Source of the DNA: Hypanus sabinus
Lineage: Eukaryota
DNA: 64,000 bases
Direction: 5' to 3'
NCBI RefSeq assembly: GCF_030144855.1
Contig: NC_082712.1
Location: 18,104,001 to 18,168,000 of the forward strand
The position numbers were made by a program, and so were the translations under genes. The notes under the pieces were generated by a model. It was not told where the DNA came from. It made no database searches and saw nothing but the letters and a program-made list of their open reading frames with translations. Shown in pieces: positions 26,155 through 38,459 of this stretch (positions are counted from its first letter, which is position 1; each line of letters begins with the position of its first letter).

Positions 26155-27662
26155 TACGACCATAAGATATGGGAGTAGAATTAGGCCATTTGGCTCATTG
26201 AATCTGCTCTGCCATTTCATCATGGCTGATCCATTTCCCTCTCAGACCCAATCTGCTGCCTTCGCCCTCATAGCCCTTGTTTCCCTGACCAATCAAGACT
26301 CTATCAACCTCTGCCTTAAATATATGTAAAGGTCTGGTCTCCACAGCTGCCAGTGACAAAGTATTCCACAGATTCACCACTCTGACTAAAGGAATTCCTC
26401 ATCTCCATTGTAAGAGAATGCCCCTCTATTTTAAGGCTGTGTCTTCTGGTCTTAGATTCTTCCACCATAGGAAACAGCCTCTCCACATGAACTCTATCAA
26501 GGCCTTTCAACATTCGATATGTTTCAAAGAGGTCACCCCTCATTCTTCTGAATTCTAGTGAATAGAAGGCCAAAGCTATTAGGCCACCTTCATGATAAGC
26601 CGTTCAATCCTGGAATCAATTTTGTGAACCTTCTTTGAACAGTCTCCACTTTCAGACTGTCCTCTCTAAGATGAGGTCTCAATTCTCCAAGAGAGGCCTC
26701 GCCATTGAGTAATCGCTTAAGTCTCAAAATTGCATTCTTGTTTTTATATTCTTTTCCTTTTGAAATGAATGCTAACATCGCATTTGCCTTCCTGACCGCA
26801 GACTCAACCCGCAAATTAAGCTTCAGGAAATCTTGCACAAGGACTCCCAAGTGTCTCAGTTTGTGCCTCTGTTTTTTTGTATTTTCTCTCCATTCAGAAA
26901 ATAGTCTACCCTTGACATTGCACTCACCCAATCCAGAAATGCCGATTCCCCTAGTGGGCTCAACCAGAAGCTGCTCCGAAAAACATTCACATAGGCATTC
27001 TAGAAAATATCTCGAGATCCAACACCAACACGATTTTTCCAATCTGCGTATTGAACTGCCCCTCTCCAACTATTGAAACATAGCCCTTTTGGCAGTGTTA
27101 ATCTGTGGACCACATCCTTACTACTGTTTAGGGTCTGTAGAAAATTCCCATCAGGGTCTATTTACCCTTTCAGTTCCTTAGCTCTATCCACGATGATTCA
27201 ACACCTCCCCAATTGCCTCTTTGTAATAACTTTATTTCATTTTTACCAACAAAACAACACCACACTCTCTGCCTTCCTGCCTGTCCTTTTGATACGATAT
27301 ATATCCATGGACATCCCAGCTATAAACTTCTTTCAATCATGATTCAGCGATGCCTGCAACATCATACTTGCCAATCTGTAACTGTGCTGCAAGTTCATCT
27401 ATTTTATTCCGTATACTGCGCACATTCAGACACAACACCTTCTGTCCTGTAGTCACTCTCCTCCATTTTTGTCTGCCTTTTGCATTGCAGCTCATCCTGT
27501 TGATAGCAATATTGCCTTGTCATCAGCCTCTCCTTGCTGGGAGTCACAAACAGAAACAATCTGTAATGAAAACCAGCTACCTCCTCCTCAGCACTCACTC
27601 CAGTTCCCATCTCATTGCCAAATTTGTTTAAACCTTCCTGAACAACTCTAGCCAACCTGCAC
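26155..27662 (-). mobile_element. CR1 LINE pieces (3' end plus endonuclease region)
   Basis: FYSLEFRRMRGDLFETYRMLKGLDRV; VESAVRKANAMLAFISKG; EQLLVEPTRG. Confidence 0.85.
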
Positions 27663-28268
27663 AAAAGGACAGTGGTGAAAAGAAGCTGATGAAAAGTAGA
27701 AAAATTCTGCATAAATGAAAAATAAAGTTCAGGATTGAGCATTGAAAGAGTAGATTCATCAGCACTGGAGTGAGCATATGGCACTTAACAGTATGCTGAT
27801 CGTGAAACAAGCAACCTATCATGATGAATTTAAGATAATTGTGAATATTCAGCAGGCTGGTTGCCGAAATTTAAGAAAAGGTACAGCATTAAATTTTGGA
27901 AGATTTCTGGTGATAAAGCATCTGATCACGAAGCTGCAGAGAAACTCATTGAGATTGCCAAGATCATCGCTGAAAAAACTCTAACTGGCTGAGTAGATGC
28001 ATCAGTCCATATGCTGATTAGCAAGTGTTTATATATATATAAAAAAAATCAGAATCTGATTTAATATCACTGACTTGTGTAGTGAAATTTGTTGCTCTGT
28101 GGCTGCAGTACATTGCAATACCAATAAAAACTATAAATTACAATGTGTGCATATATAAAAATGTTAATTAAATAAGTAGTGCAAAAAGAGGAAGAAAATA
28201 GTGAGGTGTCTATGGGTTTATTGTCCATTCAGAAATCTGACTGCAGAGGGGGAAAAGGCTGTTCCTGA

Positions 28269-28883
28269 TGTAACACTCACCCAACAGGTTGGTATTTGTC
28301 TAGGGGAAAAGGAGATCCAACCACACACCACCCCCACCTCCCGTACGCGCAGGTGCTGTGGGAATCAAGTTTATGCCTTGCGCCCGCACACAATATCAAA
28401 TTCACACCAGATACCATTACGAAATTCACTTTAAAGATTTTACTAAAACTAAAAGAGTACTAGGCAATACAATATATATGAAAGAAAAGAAAAAGCAAAA
28501 GGAGCCAACTTATCAAAGTTCAGTCAGTTTAGTGCACATCATTGGAGCTCAGCCATCGAACCATTCGACCCCTCGTCACTTTCCTCTGACCTCCACATCT
28601 TCGCACCTGGGACCACCCCTGGTGGTCAACCAAGCTGTGCAGCGCACGTCCACCATCCTCGGCATCTTCTTCCCGACTCTCCTGAAAACCCGCAAAAACC
28701 CCCCAAGCTCCCAGCCTCACGACAAAATAACATTCCCCATTGGTTAACAGGTGAATACAATCCCCATATCAGCAAGTCCAAAGCTAAACAACTGCGAGAG
28801 AAACACTTATCAGACAAAGAAGCATTCCTACTCTTAACAAACCAAAGAAGCCATTTTGAGTAACAGACACAGGACATTGTACA
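28269..28883. mobile_element. Solo LTR, 615 bp, 4-bp TSD
   Basis: TGTA...TACA termini flanked by ctga at 28265-28268 and 28884-28887; interrupts a Rex-type tail; retains CpGs. Confidence 0.8.
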
Positions 28884-28909
28884 CTGAAATGTATAGAACT
28901 TGAGAATTT

Positions 28910-30115
28910 TTAGAATTTATTTAAAGCTTGTATCCATCCCACAACGTGAGGGACTAAAAATCTTCGCATTATGACTCCATTGCAATGTACAGACATGTGA
29001 ATTTAGAAGTTTAATGCTTTGGAGTAAGAAGCTGTCCCCATAGCCTGTTGGTCCTGGCTTTAATTCTGCGGTGCCATTTGCCAGAAGGAAGCAGCTGAAA
29101 CAGTTTATGGTTGGGTTGACTAGACCCCCGATGATTTTCCTGGCCTCCTTTCTGCACTTGCTGATATAAACGTCCACAATGGAGGGAAGTTCACGTCCAA
29201 AAATTTGCTACCACTCTCTGCAGTGCCGAGTGATGGAAGTTGGTGCAGCTCCTGTAGCAGGCGGGGATACAGCCAGTCAGTATACTCTCAATGAATCCCC
29301 TGTGGAAGGTCTTGAGGATCTGGGGGCCAATGCTGAACTTCCTCAGTCACCTGAGGTGTAAGAGACACCGCTGCGGCTTTTTTTTGCCACAGAGCCGGTG
29401 TGTACAATCCAGGAGAGATTTTCAGTGATGTGCATACCGAGGAACTTGAAACTACTCACCCTCTCAACTGCAGACCCACTGATGTTGATCAGGCTGAGCC
29501 TGTCTCCATTAATCCACAATCAGCTCTTTGTTTTGTTAACATTGAGAGAGAGGTTGTTATCCTGGCACCACTGTGTCAGCGTGTCACCCTCTCTGTAGGC
29601 TGTCACGTCACCACTAGAAATAAGGCCAATCAAAGTCTTGTCATTTGCCAATTTGATCAGCAAGTTGGAGCTGTGTGTGGCAGTACATTTGTGGTTGTGA
29701 ACGGGGTAGAGAAGTGGTCTCAGAACAAACTCCAGAGGGCACCTGTATTGAGGGTAGAGGGGCAGAGGTGATGGAACCCGTCCTTACCACCCCTCGGTGA
29801 TCCGATAGGAAGTCTTGGATCCTGCTGCACAAGATGGGATGCAGCCTGAGGTCTCTGAACTTCCTGTCAAGTCTGGAGGGAATTACGGTTTTTGAATGCT
29901 GTAGTCCAGGAACAGCAATCTAACGGATGTGGCCCTCTTTTCCAGGTGAGTGAGGATGGTGTGTAGTACTCTGGCTGTGCTGTCATTGGTAGACCGGTTC
30001 CATCGGTAGGCAAATTGTAGGGGGCTAAGGGTAGGTGGTAATGTGCTGCAGATGTGGTCTTTAACCAGCCTCTCAGAGGATTTGCTTATAATTGAGGTGA
30101 CTGAGACAGGGCGCC
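28910..30115 (-). mobile_element. Rex1/Babar LINE RT to 3' end
   Basis: NEWRPVSVTSIISKSSERLVKDHI..PLQFAYRWNRSTND..VRLLFLDYS; DSFLLQSIKLLN. Confidence 0.9.
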
Positions 30116-30944
30116 ATTCATTCATGCATGCTATCTTAGTTTGTGTCTTCAGGCTCCTCTACCTCCTCCTAGATGGTAGCAATGAGAAAAGGGCTGGTCC
30201 AGGGCCCTTAATGATGAACGCTGCCTTTTTTTTTGATGCATCCCTCTTTGATGTTCAGGATGCTGGACAGTCTGGTGCTCCTGATGGAGTAGGCTGAGTT
30301 TCTGCAGGGTTTTGCAATCCCCTTCCCCTTCCAAACCAGTGATGCAACCAGTTAAAATGCTCTGCACAGTACATCTGTTTTAAAAAAAAAATAAAAAATT
30401 TACAATTATCTTTGGTGACATACCAATTCTCCTCAAACTCCTAATGAAATATAGCTGCTGTCATTCCTTCTTTGTAATTGCATCAATATGTAGATCCCAG
30501 GATAGATCCTCAGAGATGTTGACACCCAGAACCTGAAGTGGACAGACTGCTTACCAATAGCACATAAATTCAGAGTAAGGAATGATGGCAAAGCCAAACA
30601 ACCACTGACTGTTCACCTGGGCAGCCAAGGTAGTGATAACTTACCTTTCTGATATTTCAATATGCACATTACTGTTTCTCGCGGCAAATTATTTAAAATA
30701 TGCAGAACTGCCTCCCATCCTGGGGAATGGGCAGCTGTTTGTAGTTGATGGTGGATATGAAGCCAGTCACAGCACTGTAATCCAGTAATAGATGTGGTTG
30801 GGAGCGGTCATTCAACTCTGACAGTCCGTGGAGGACCCAGCTCCATCACATCAGACTGTGCTTCAGCTGCGGTCTGTTCACTCTGGGTTTCACACCAGAA
30901 GCATGTAAGTGGTCTACGTAACAAATGGATTTCATGTTTAGCTT

Positions 30945-31840
30945 TCAGATTCAGATTCAACTTATTGTCATTTAGAAACCACAAATGCAATGCAGTTAAA
31001 AAATGAGACAACCTTCCTCCAGAATGATATCACAAAAGCATATGACAAAACAGACTACACCAGCAAATCCACGTAACGTTTGGCAATCCCCAGTCCAGAG
31101 TCCGGAGAGGCTGCTGCATATTAATATCGCGCTACCATCTTAGCGTGTTCCCCGGAAAGGAGCTCCAAATCCACCAGCCAAAAACAAGACCAAAAACTAA
31201 AGCTACAAGACCTGCACAAAACAACATAGTTACAACAGTGCAAACAATAGCATAATTGATAAAAAAACAGACTATGGGCACAGTAAAAATAGTCCAAGAT
31301 GTTAAAGGAACGTAAGTTCAAAAGAAATCGCCACAGTTCCCACAAGTCCCCAGGGTCCCGACAGACTCACCATCCCACGCCGGCAGCAGAAGGGAATACC
31401 CCCGCTATGGACTTCCACGGCGCCCCTTGACTCAGCCTTGCAGACGTAGCACACAATGAAAGCTCAGTCGAACCCAGCCTCGCAGACGCAGCACACACCG
31501 AAGCGACCTGAGTCTGTTGAACCTCCGAGCCGATGACCATCCCCTCCGGCACAGCTTCTCTGAGCACCATCCTCTGCCCAGCGTATTAAGACGACCCCCC
31601 CCCCCCGCCAACGGCCTTCAGCAACGCAACCCCGAGGACTGGGGGTCCTGTTCTTCCCAGCAGAGTCCCGGACCTCACAGCAGCAGCAGCAACGAAGGTC
31701 TTCCTGGAATTTCCCGATGTTTCTCTGTGCTTCCACTTCTGTTTTCAATTGATTGTGATTGCGCACGGCACCCCACTTCACAAATAACAGATAATCAGCT
31801 CCGGAGTGGCCGCTGCAAGCCACGTCGTGCCGCCATCTTG
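30945..31840 (-). mobile_element. Young non-coding LINE-derived (Rex1/Babar-type) non-autonomous element
   Basis: Minus strand begins CAAGATGGCGGC and ends aataagttgaatctgaatctgaa; CpG-rich; no RT motifs; inserted inside the Tigger right end. Confidence 0.65.
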
Positions 31841-32769
31841 GATCCCATTCCAAGGTGTATCTATATAAATGCAAATATTCCAAAATCAAAAAGATCCAAA
31901 ACTCTGCCACCTTCAGATATTTTGGATAAGGGGTGCTTAACCTTTATTATGAATTTGCTGTGGTGTGTTGATCAGGGCATGATAATCGACAATTATAAAG
32001 AATTTTATAACAAGTTGGTGGTTAAAGTACAGATATGGAATAAAGTGTGCAGAGTTACATAAATACTAGCATTTCTATACAATGAATTATGAAATGTGGT
32101 TTAGTGTTTAATGTGCAGTGACTGGGGTAATGGAGGGCTGGGAGTGGGGCTTGTGCACTAACTAGAATGATCAACTACCTGGGGGATGAAACATTTAAGA
32201 AGGCATGATGTTTCTGAGATAATGGTGATAAATGTAATCACAGACAAGATTTTAAAGCTTTCTGGATTGAACAACGTACAGGAAATGCCAGCAGTAAGGA
32301 TGGATTGCCAAGATGAAAGTAATGCTGACATTAGTTATCAAATTCTTCACATTCACAGCTTGTCTGTTGCACATTGTTTGCCCAGCCAGTGTGGTCTTTC
32401 ATTGAAATATACTGTGTTATGGTTCTTGGATTTACCAGACAAACAGCTGGTAAGGATAAATTAAATCCTAGATACCTAGGGGTTCTAGATGTCAACCTAA
32501 TATTGTCACGGTAAGCTTAAGATTTCATGGTTAACCAACTTTCCAGCAGAATAATCAGTTATGCTAGATCATCTGAGGTCCTTCAAACCACCATATGCAA
32601 CATCTTTAAATAATCCAAATCTTTAAGCGCAAGACTCTGCAGTTGGAGCCTCTCCTGAAATGGAGAGCAACAAGCTTATTTCTGTGGAGTTTACCATTTA
32701 GGTGCAGGATGGTAGGATCAGTAGGCGAGCTTTGTAGAATGGAAAAACCAGAGAATGCAAAATACAGGT

Positions 32770-32960
32770 ATAAGCAGCAAACAAGTAGCAGGGAATACAA
32801 TACTCAATGGGTCAGGAAGCATCTGTGGATGGAAATGGACAGTTATCATTTCAAGTTGAAACTTGTTAGACCAGAAGAAGGGTCTTGCCCCAAAGCATCG
32901 ACTGATCATTTTCATCCAGAAATTCACCCTGATCAGTTGAGTTCCTCCAGCTTCTTGCTT
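32770..32960. mobile_element. Old inverted pair of Penelope-like termini
   Basis: ggtcaggaagcatctgtgga (minus copy), then gaagaagggtcttgccccaaagcatcgactg..gagttcctccagc (plus copy). Confidence 0.55.
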
Positions 32961-33614
32961 TGTGCAAGAATGGAGCCTGGATGCAGGGGGTTGAATGATT
33001 GGCGTTTCAAATCAATAACAGCAGAAATAAAATTCCACTGGGAATTGAGAAGGGGTCTACAGTTCAGCTAGAACTTGGTATTAAATGGGATATGGAGAAA
33101 GCAGAATTGCTCCAAACAAGCTCCAATAAATCACCAGCATTTATTGGCCGAAAGGCTTCACATGTATGAGATTGCCATCAACTGTGGTCATACCATCCAG
33201 TCTTTAAAAGACCTCATCATTCTTCTAGTGCTGGGTCTAAATCCTGGTACTGTGGTGCGGATATACTTTCACCAGGACTGCAATGGCTGGGAAGCATCTC
33301 TTCACATTCTCAAGGCCAAATAAGAATGGGTTAGTGATGGTGAGATTTTAAATGAATGGGATGGAGTTTGAGATTTTCGGGGCAGCGGGTAAATTTGTGA
33401 ATTGGATGTGCAAACCAATTGTGAAAACAATGGTAGAAATAGGGTATTCTTGTGTGATAGTTGCAAGGTAAACAGTGTCAGTAACCCAAAGGACAGAATG
33501 TTACAGGAGATGACCATCTGTTAGGAGGGATTTGGAAAAGTAAAAGAATTTTACTAAACTACAGTAAAAATAAATTCAAATCAATGTTCATGTCATCAGG
33601 TAAATTTCCATTTA

Positions 33615-34065
33615 CTTGAACATTGATTTCTTGAACTTTTGGTAATGCCCCCCCCCCCCTTCACCATTCTCCATCCCTTTTCCCTCTCACCTTATCTCCT
33701 TGCCTGCTCCATGCCTCCCTCTGGTGCTCCTCCCCCCTTTTCTTTCTTCCATGCACTCTGTCCTTTCCTATTAGATTACCCCTTCTCCAGCCCTGTACCT
33801 CCTTCACCAACCAACATCCCAGCTCTTTACTTCACTCCTCCCCCTCCTGGTTTCACCTATCACCTTGTTTCTCCTCCAGCTCCCCCCACCTTTTAAATCT
33901 ATACCTCTATCTTTATCTTTTCTTTTCTCCAGCCCTGCTGAAGGGTTTCGGCCTGAAACATCAACTGTACTCTTTTCAGTAGATGCTGGCTGGCCTGTTG
34001 AGTTTCTCCAGCATTTTGTGTGCATTTGTTGGATTTCCAACATCTGCAGATTTTCTCTTGTTTTT
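33615..34065 (+). mobile_element. Penelope-like element 3' part (end of GIY-YIG ORF, pyrimidine-rich UTR, hammerhead-like motif)
   Basis: LNIDFLNF end of ORF; ctgctgaagggtttcggcctgaaacatcaactg at ~33935; family tail. Confidence 0.85.
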
Positions 34066-34444
34066 AATAACTTTTTCTATTGATCCATTGAAGATGAATT
34101 TGTTTTTTTCATATTTTCTAAAAAGTGGGTCAATAATAAAGCATTGGTCTGAAAGTAATCTGGAAGGGAAGCCAAGGATCTAGAGTGAAGGTGTGGGAAA
34201 TGTCTAGAGACAGAAAAAGAATGTTCTGCCAGATGAAATATTGGAAACTGATCCACAATAAATGTTGCACGCACTCCTTAGGAACTTCTGAAAGTTCACA
34301 GACAGAGCAAGAGAATTCTTTCTAAACTTAGATGGTCTCAAAATCATGATCTTGGGAAGGGAAATGCTTCCTAGACATTCCCTAGTAATAAACCCAAAGT
34401 CATTAATTGTCCTTGAATGGAAAGAGGGGTGAACCTTGGGAGTT

Positions 34445-34745
34445 AAGATTAGCTTTATTTATCACATGTACATCGAAACATTGAGACTTGCAGTGAAATG
34501 CATTCTTTGCATCAAATCAAAGTGGATTGTGGTCGGGGCAGCTCAAGTGAAACCACAGTTTCAGTGCTAACGAGCACACAAGTTCCTAACCCTATCCAAT
34601 ATGTCTCTGCAATGTGGAGGAAGCTGGAGTACTCCAAGGAAACCCACACAGTCACAGAGAGAACGTACAAACTCCTTATAAACAGTGGTGGGAATCAAAC
34701 CCAAATCAGAAATTGGTAGCACGGGAAAATGATTGCACGAGCTGC
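34445..34745 (-). mobile_element. V-SINE (HE1-like) with LINE-derived tail
   Basis: gtggaggaagctggagtactccaaggaaacccacacagtcacagagagaacgtacaaactcc; tail is the reverse of 1240-1345. Confidence 0.75.
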
Positions 34746-35664
34746 CATACTAAGCTGCCAACCAATACTCGTGCATGTTGGTGACTGTGGTGCGTTCTTT
34801 TGTGACAATGCACTTTATTGAGACAATACAGTTAGGTGCTACACCCTGCGCCAACCCATCTCAGGTTTATAATTCTACATACTTAAAGCACTAATTTGGT
34901 AGTTTTGTTTTCTGCATTTTCTCTGTTGCAGGAACCACACTGTATCACGACATGAGCTCAGTAATGGCTTAGTGCTTAACTTATTGTGAGGTTTATGAGA
35001 ACCTCTGAACAGTTTAGTTTGTGTCAGAGCAGAGGAGTGTGCTATTGGGCATTATTTAATTGCCTGTAAAACACATGAAATGCAGACTTTGCAGTAAATA
35101 TGTTCTTCATGTTTAAACTCCATTATGCCCCTAATATAGCAAAATTAAGCTATGCACACCAACCCTTAGTAAAGCAAAAGCACATTGGGGAAAATTAATA
35201 GCCAGCCCACTGGATTAATTAAATTCCTTAATTACAGATAATAGAAACTGGAAAGGCTCATTAAAGAATCCAGCCTTCCACGATATTTTTCCCTTTGCAA
35301 TTTCAGTTAAGTACTCCTTCAGCAGAGAATGTTAATGATATGAGGGGCAGAGGGCAGAGAGGAGGGAATGTTTCCCCAGTACAGAGGTGTCTAAAACTCG
35401 AGAGCATGCTTTTCGTGTGAGTGTAAGGAGGAACTTTTCTCTTGGACATTGGTTTGAATCTAGAACTTACTACCTGAGTGATTGGTGTAGGCAGAGATTC
35501 TATAAACATCTGAGAAATATCTAGATGAGAACTTTAGTCACTGGGAGACATTGGCCTACAGAGTTAAGTGGTTGGTAAATGGGATTAGTTTAGAGAGTGA
35601 AATAATATCTTTGTCCCACTACTGTCACGCCAGCTGTTGTATCCATCTTCACCAGTAACTTAAA

Positions 35665-35845
35665 CACGAGATTCTGCAAATGCTGGAAATCCAGAGTAAC
35701 ACTCTCAAAATAATGGAGGAACTCAATAGGAGAGGAATAAGGAGTTGGGCCATGACTTTTCAACAGGATTTGGCCTGAAGCATCAAACCTTTATGCCCCT
35801 CCATAGATGCTGCCTACCTGCAGAGTTCCTCCAGAATTTTGTGAG
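35665..35845. mobile_element. Inverted pair of Penelope-like termini
   Basis: attctgcaaatgctggaaatcc..ggaggaactca (minus) and ccatagatgctgcc..gagttcctccag (plus). Confidence 0.65.
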
Positions 35846-36547
35846 TTATACCAATATCGTGCCCACATTAGGTCCAAAGCCTCCTATGCTTTAGCTATTC
35901 AAGTGTCTGTCTAGAAGCTGCTTAAACAACTTGATTGCATCTGCTGCCACCCCTACTGGTATTGTTACAGACATCAACCACTCTGTAGGGAGTAAATTTC
36001 ACCTCAGATTCTTCTAAAGCTTCTCACTCCAGCCTTAATCCTATATTCTCTTTTTGAGACACCGCCAGCAGGGGTAAAATATTCCTCCTATCTGTTTCTC
36101 TGGCCTCTCATAATTTCAGATACTTCTACAAGATGAGCCCTTAGCTTACTTTGCCCCAGAGTAAATGAAGCTCAAAATATATTTATTAGCAAAGTATGTA
36201 TAAATTATACAACCTTGAGATTTGTCTCCTCACAGAGAGCCACAAAGCAAGAAATCTGAAAGAACCAATCTTTAAAACAAAATTAACACCCAATTCCCAG
36301 AGGGAGACAAAAAAAAAAAATTGAAACCTGCAAACATCAGCATTCAGAATGAAATTGAGTCCATAAACCCGAAGCCTGGAGCAAGCCCTTAGCCTCGGGC
36401 TCAGTTCATCTCACTGTGGAGCAAGTCGCTGCAAAGCTCACAGACACTAAGCCTGGAGCAGCCACAGCATGACACAGGCTCAGCACTGGGGAAAGTGAAG
36501 TAAAACATCATGGAGCAGGAGCAGAACTGGCCCTGACCTTCGCCTCC

Positions 36548-36764
36548 TGATGCACCATCAATAACTCACTCTGAGACGTAAAGGCGAGATATCGGCTTTT
36601 ATTGACTGGAAGAAGGAACAAGCAGTGAGTGACCACCATACTACATCCTGGAGACTGAGAGGCCGGGCTCAGACCTTGATCGCCTTTATACAGGGATCTG
36701 TGGGAGGAGCCACAGGAGCAGTCAGCAGGGGGCATGTCAAGACAGGTAAATGTAGTTCACCACA
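36548..36764 (-). mobile_element. Solo LTR, 217 bp, 5-bp TSD
   Basis: TG...CA termini; cctcc at 36543-36547 and 36765-36769; on the minus strand a TATAAA precedes an AATAAA. Confidence 0.85.
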
Positions 36765-37869
36765 CCTCCGATCCTGCCACCCTGCCCTTTCAGTCCATCT
36801 GGCCCAGCTTTATAATGTCCAAGCACCAGGTTATCTCACACACGAGGACCCAGGCCCCGCTGCAGTTATATGCTCTGGGCTGGCCCATACTCGACGTTTC
36901 AAAATCGGCCTGGTGTTTAGATGGATCCAATCTCGCTCCCGGTTTGTGTGGATAGCTCTGAGAAAGCTCCACTCCAACTTTCCTCTGCTCCATTCTCTTC
37001 AACACCATCTCAGACTCTGACTTTGTTTTGAACGTGTCTCGACCTCGCTCCTGCCACATGAATGTGCTTTGACCATCAGATCAAAGCTTTGCTTTGTTTG
37101 TGTCTTCATTGCTTGTGGTGATCACTTAACACAGTTTTCCACAAAGTGTTAATAGAGTATTTAGTCATATTTCTTGCTTGGAAAACCACCAGTAATCTAT
37201 CTCCCACTTTCAGTAAGGCTATCTTGATCCAGAAGTTTAAACAAGCACAACACGGGCACTTAAAGTTTGTCTTATAAATAGTGGGTTAAATAGCTATTGG
37301 TTCATTATATCACGTGTAGTAATATACCTGAAAAACTTGTCTAGCATGCTGTTTACATCATTACACAAAGCATTGGGCTGGAATAAGGTCAACCAATAAG
37401 ATTGCAGAATGAAATGTAAAAGCTACTGTAAGACTGCAGTGCAGGCAAATGAAATACAAGATCATAATCAGGTATGCTTTGAGGCCAAGAGTCCACTCAT
37501 CATACCAGAGGTCTGTCCAAGAGTCCGATAATAGTGAGGCAGAAGCTGTCTTAGACCCTGGTGGTACATGCTTTCAGGTTTTTGTACCTTCTGTCTGGTG
37601 GGAGAGGAAAAGAGTGATCTTGTGTGGCAGGTGGGGTCTTTATTTATGCCGGCTGCTTTACTGAGGCAGCAAGAAATGCGGACAGAGTACACAGAGAGGA
37701 GGCTGGTTCCTGCGATGTGATGTGTCCGTAACTCTCTGGTTTCTTGTGATCTCGTGCAGAGTGTGCTGGATGACTGATTCTACACACAGCTGGCCAGGTA
37801 GCAATCGAGATGGGACATGCAGTTAGCATCTCATCAATGATGGGTTTTAGACTTTGAATACATTTTTTT

Positions 37870-38220
37870 TTATTGACATACAATGCAGAATAGGTCCTTC
37901 AGCCTTTCAAGCCATGCCACCCAACAATCCCCTGATTTAATGGTGGGCTAATCACGGGACAGTTTACAATGACCAATTAGCCTACCAACTGGCAACACAC
38001 ACAAAATGCTGGTGGAACGCAGCAGGCCAGGCAGCATCTATAGGAAGAAGTACAGGCGATGTTTCGGGCCAAGACCCTTTGTCAGGACTAACCCTACCAA
38101 CCTACCAACTGGTACATCTTTGGGCTATGGGAGGAATCCGAAGCACCCAAAGGAAGCCCACATGGTCACGGACAGAACGTACAAGCTTCTTGCGGGCAGC
38201 AGCGGGAATTGAACCTGAAT
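37870..38220 (-). mobile_element. V-SINE (HE1-like) interrupted by a Penelope mini-insert
   Basis: V-domain ggaggaatccgaagcacccaaaggaagcccacatggtcacggacagaacgtacaagc; tail shared with 11030-11120. Confidence 0.75.
38051..38090 (-). ncRNA. Minimal type I hammerhead ribozyme motif (CpG-decayed) inside a ~100-bp insert (37993-38090)
   Basis: Minus strand reads agtc-CTGACAA-A-GGG-tcttgg-CCC-GAAA-ca-TC-gcct; insert flanked by TSD cctaccaactgg (37981-37992 and 38101-38112). Confidence 0.65.
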
Positions 38221-38459
38221 TTGGATTAGCCCTTTGTTTCTTTTTCCCCGTGGCATCCTCTCCATGTAACAGCTTCCACATGGGGCAGTACAGGTGACCT
38301 GAGCACTCGGAGGAGAAGTGTGCCCACCAAAAGTCAGGATTGAAGCTGCAGCACTACCTGTTGTACTACACAGCTGCCCGACAACACATTCTCTGACGGA
38401 GTATCAGGGAGGTCAAAATCATCAATCCTTTTCACAGCCGTTATAAGCTCCCATAAGAG

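Larger units (their letters stand above)
25987..31944 (+). mobile_element. Tigger4/Zombi-like pogo transposon fragmented by nested insertions (pieces at ~25987-26150, 27665-28010, 30560-30700, 30920-30944 and 31840-31944)
   Basis: TA|cagg.. left end with gaaatcc repeats. CENP-B HTH-like translation EHMALNSMLIVKQA..YHDE..EYSAGWLPKFKKRYSIKFWKISGDKAS-DHEAAEK. Right end gatcccattccaag..gcaaatattccaaaatc..ttttggataaggggtgcttaacctt|TA. Confidence 0.72.

Noticed and set aside
31464-32062. Long ORFs of 181 and 148 aa
   Set aside because: They span a GC-rich repeat, a Tigger end and flanking DNA, with no domain motifs or splice support.
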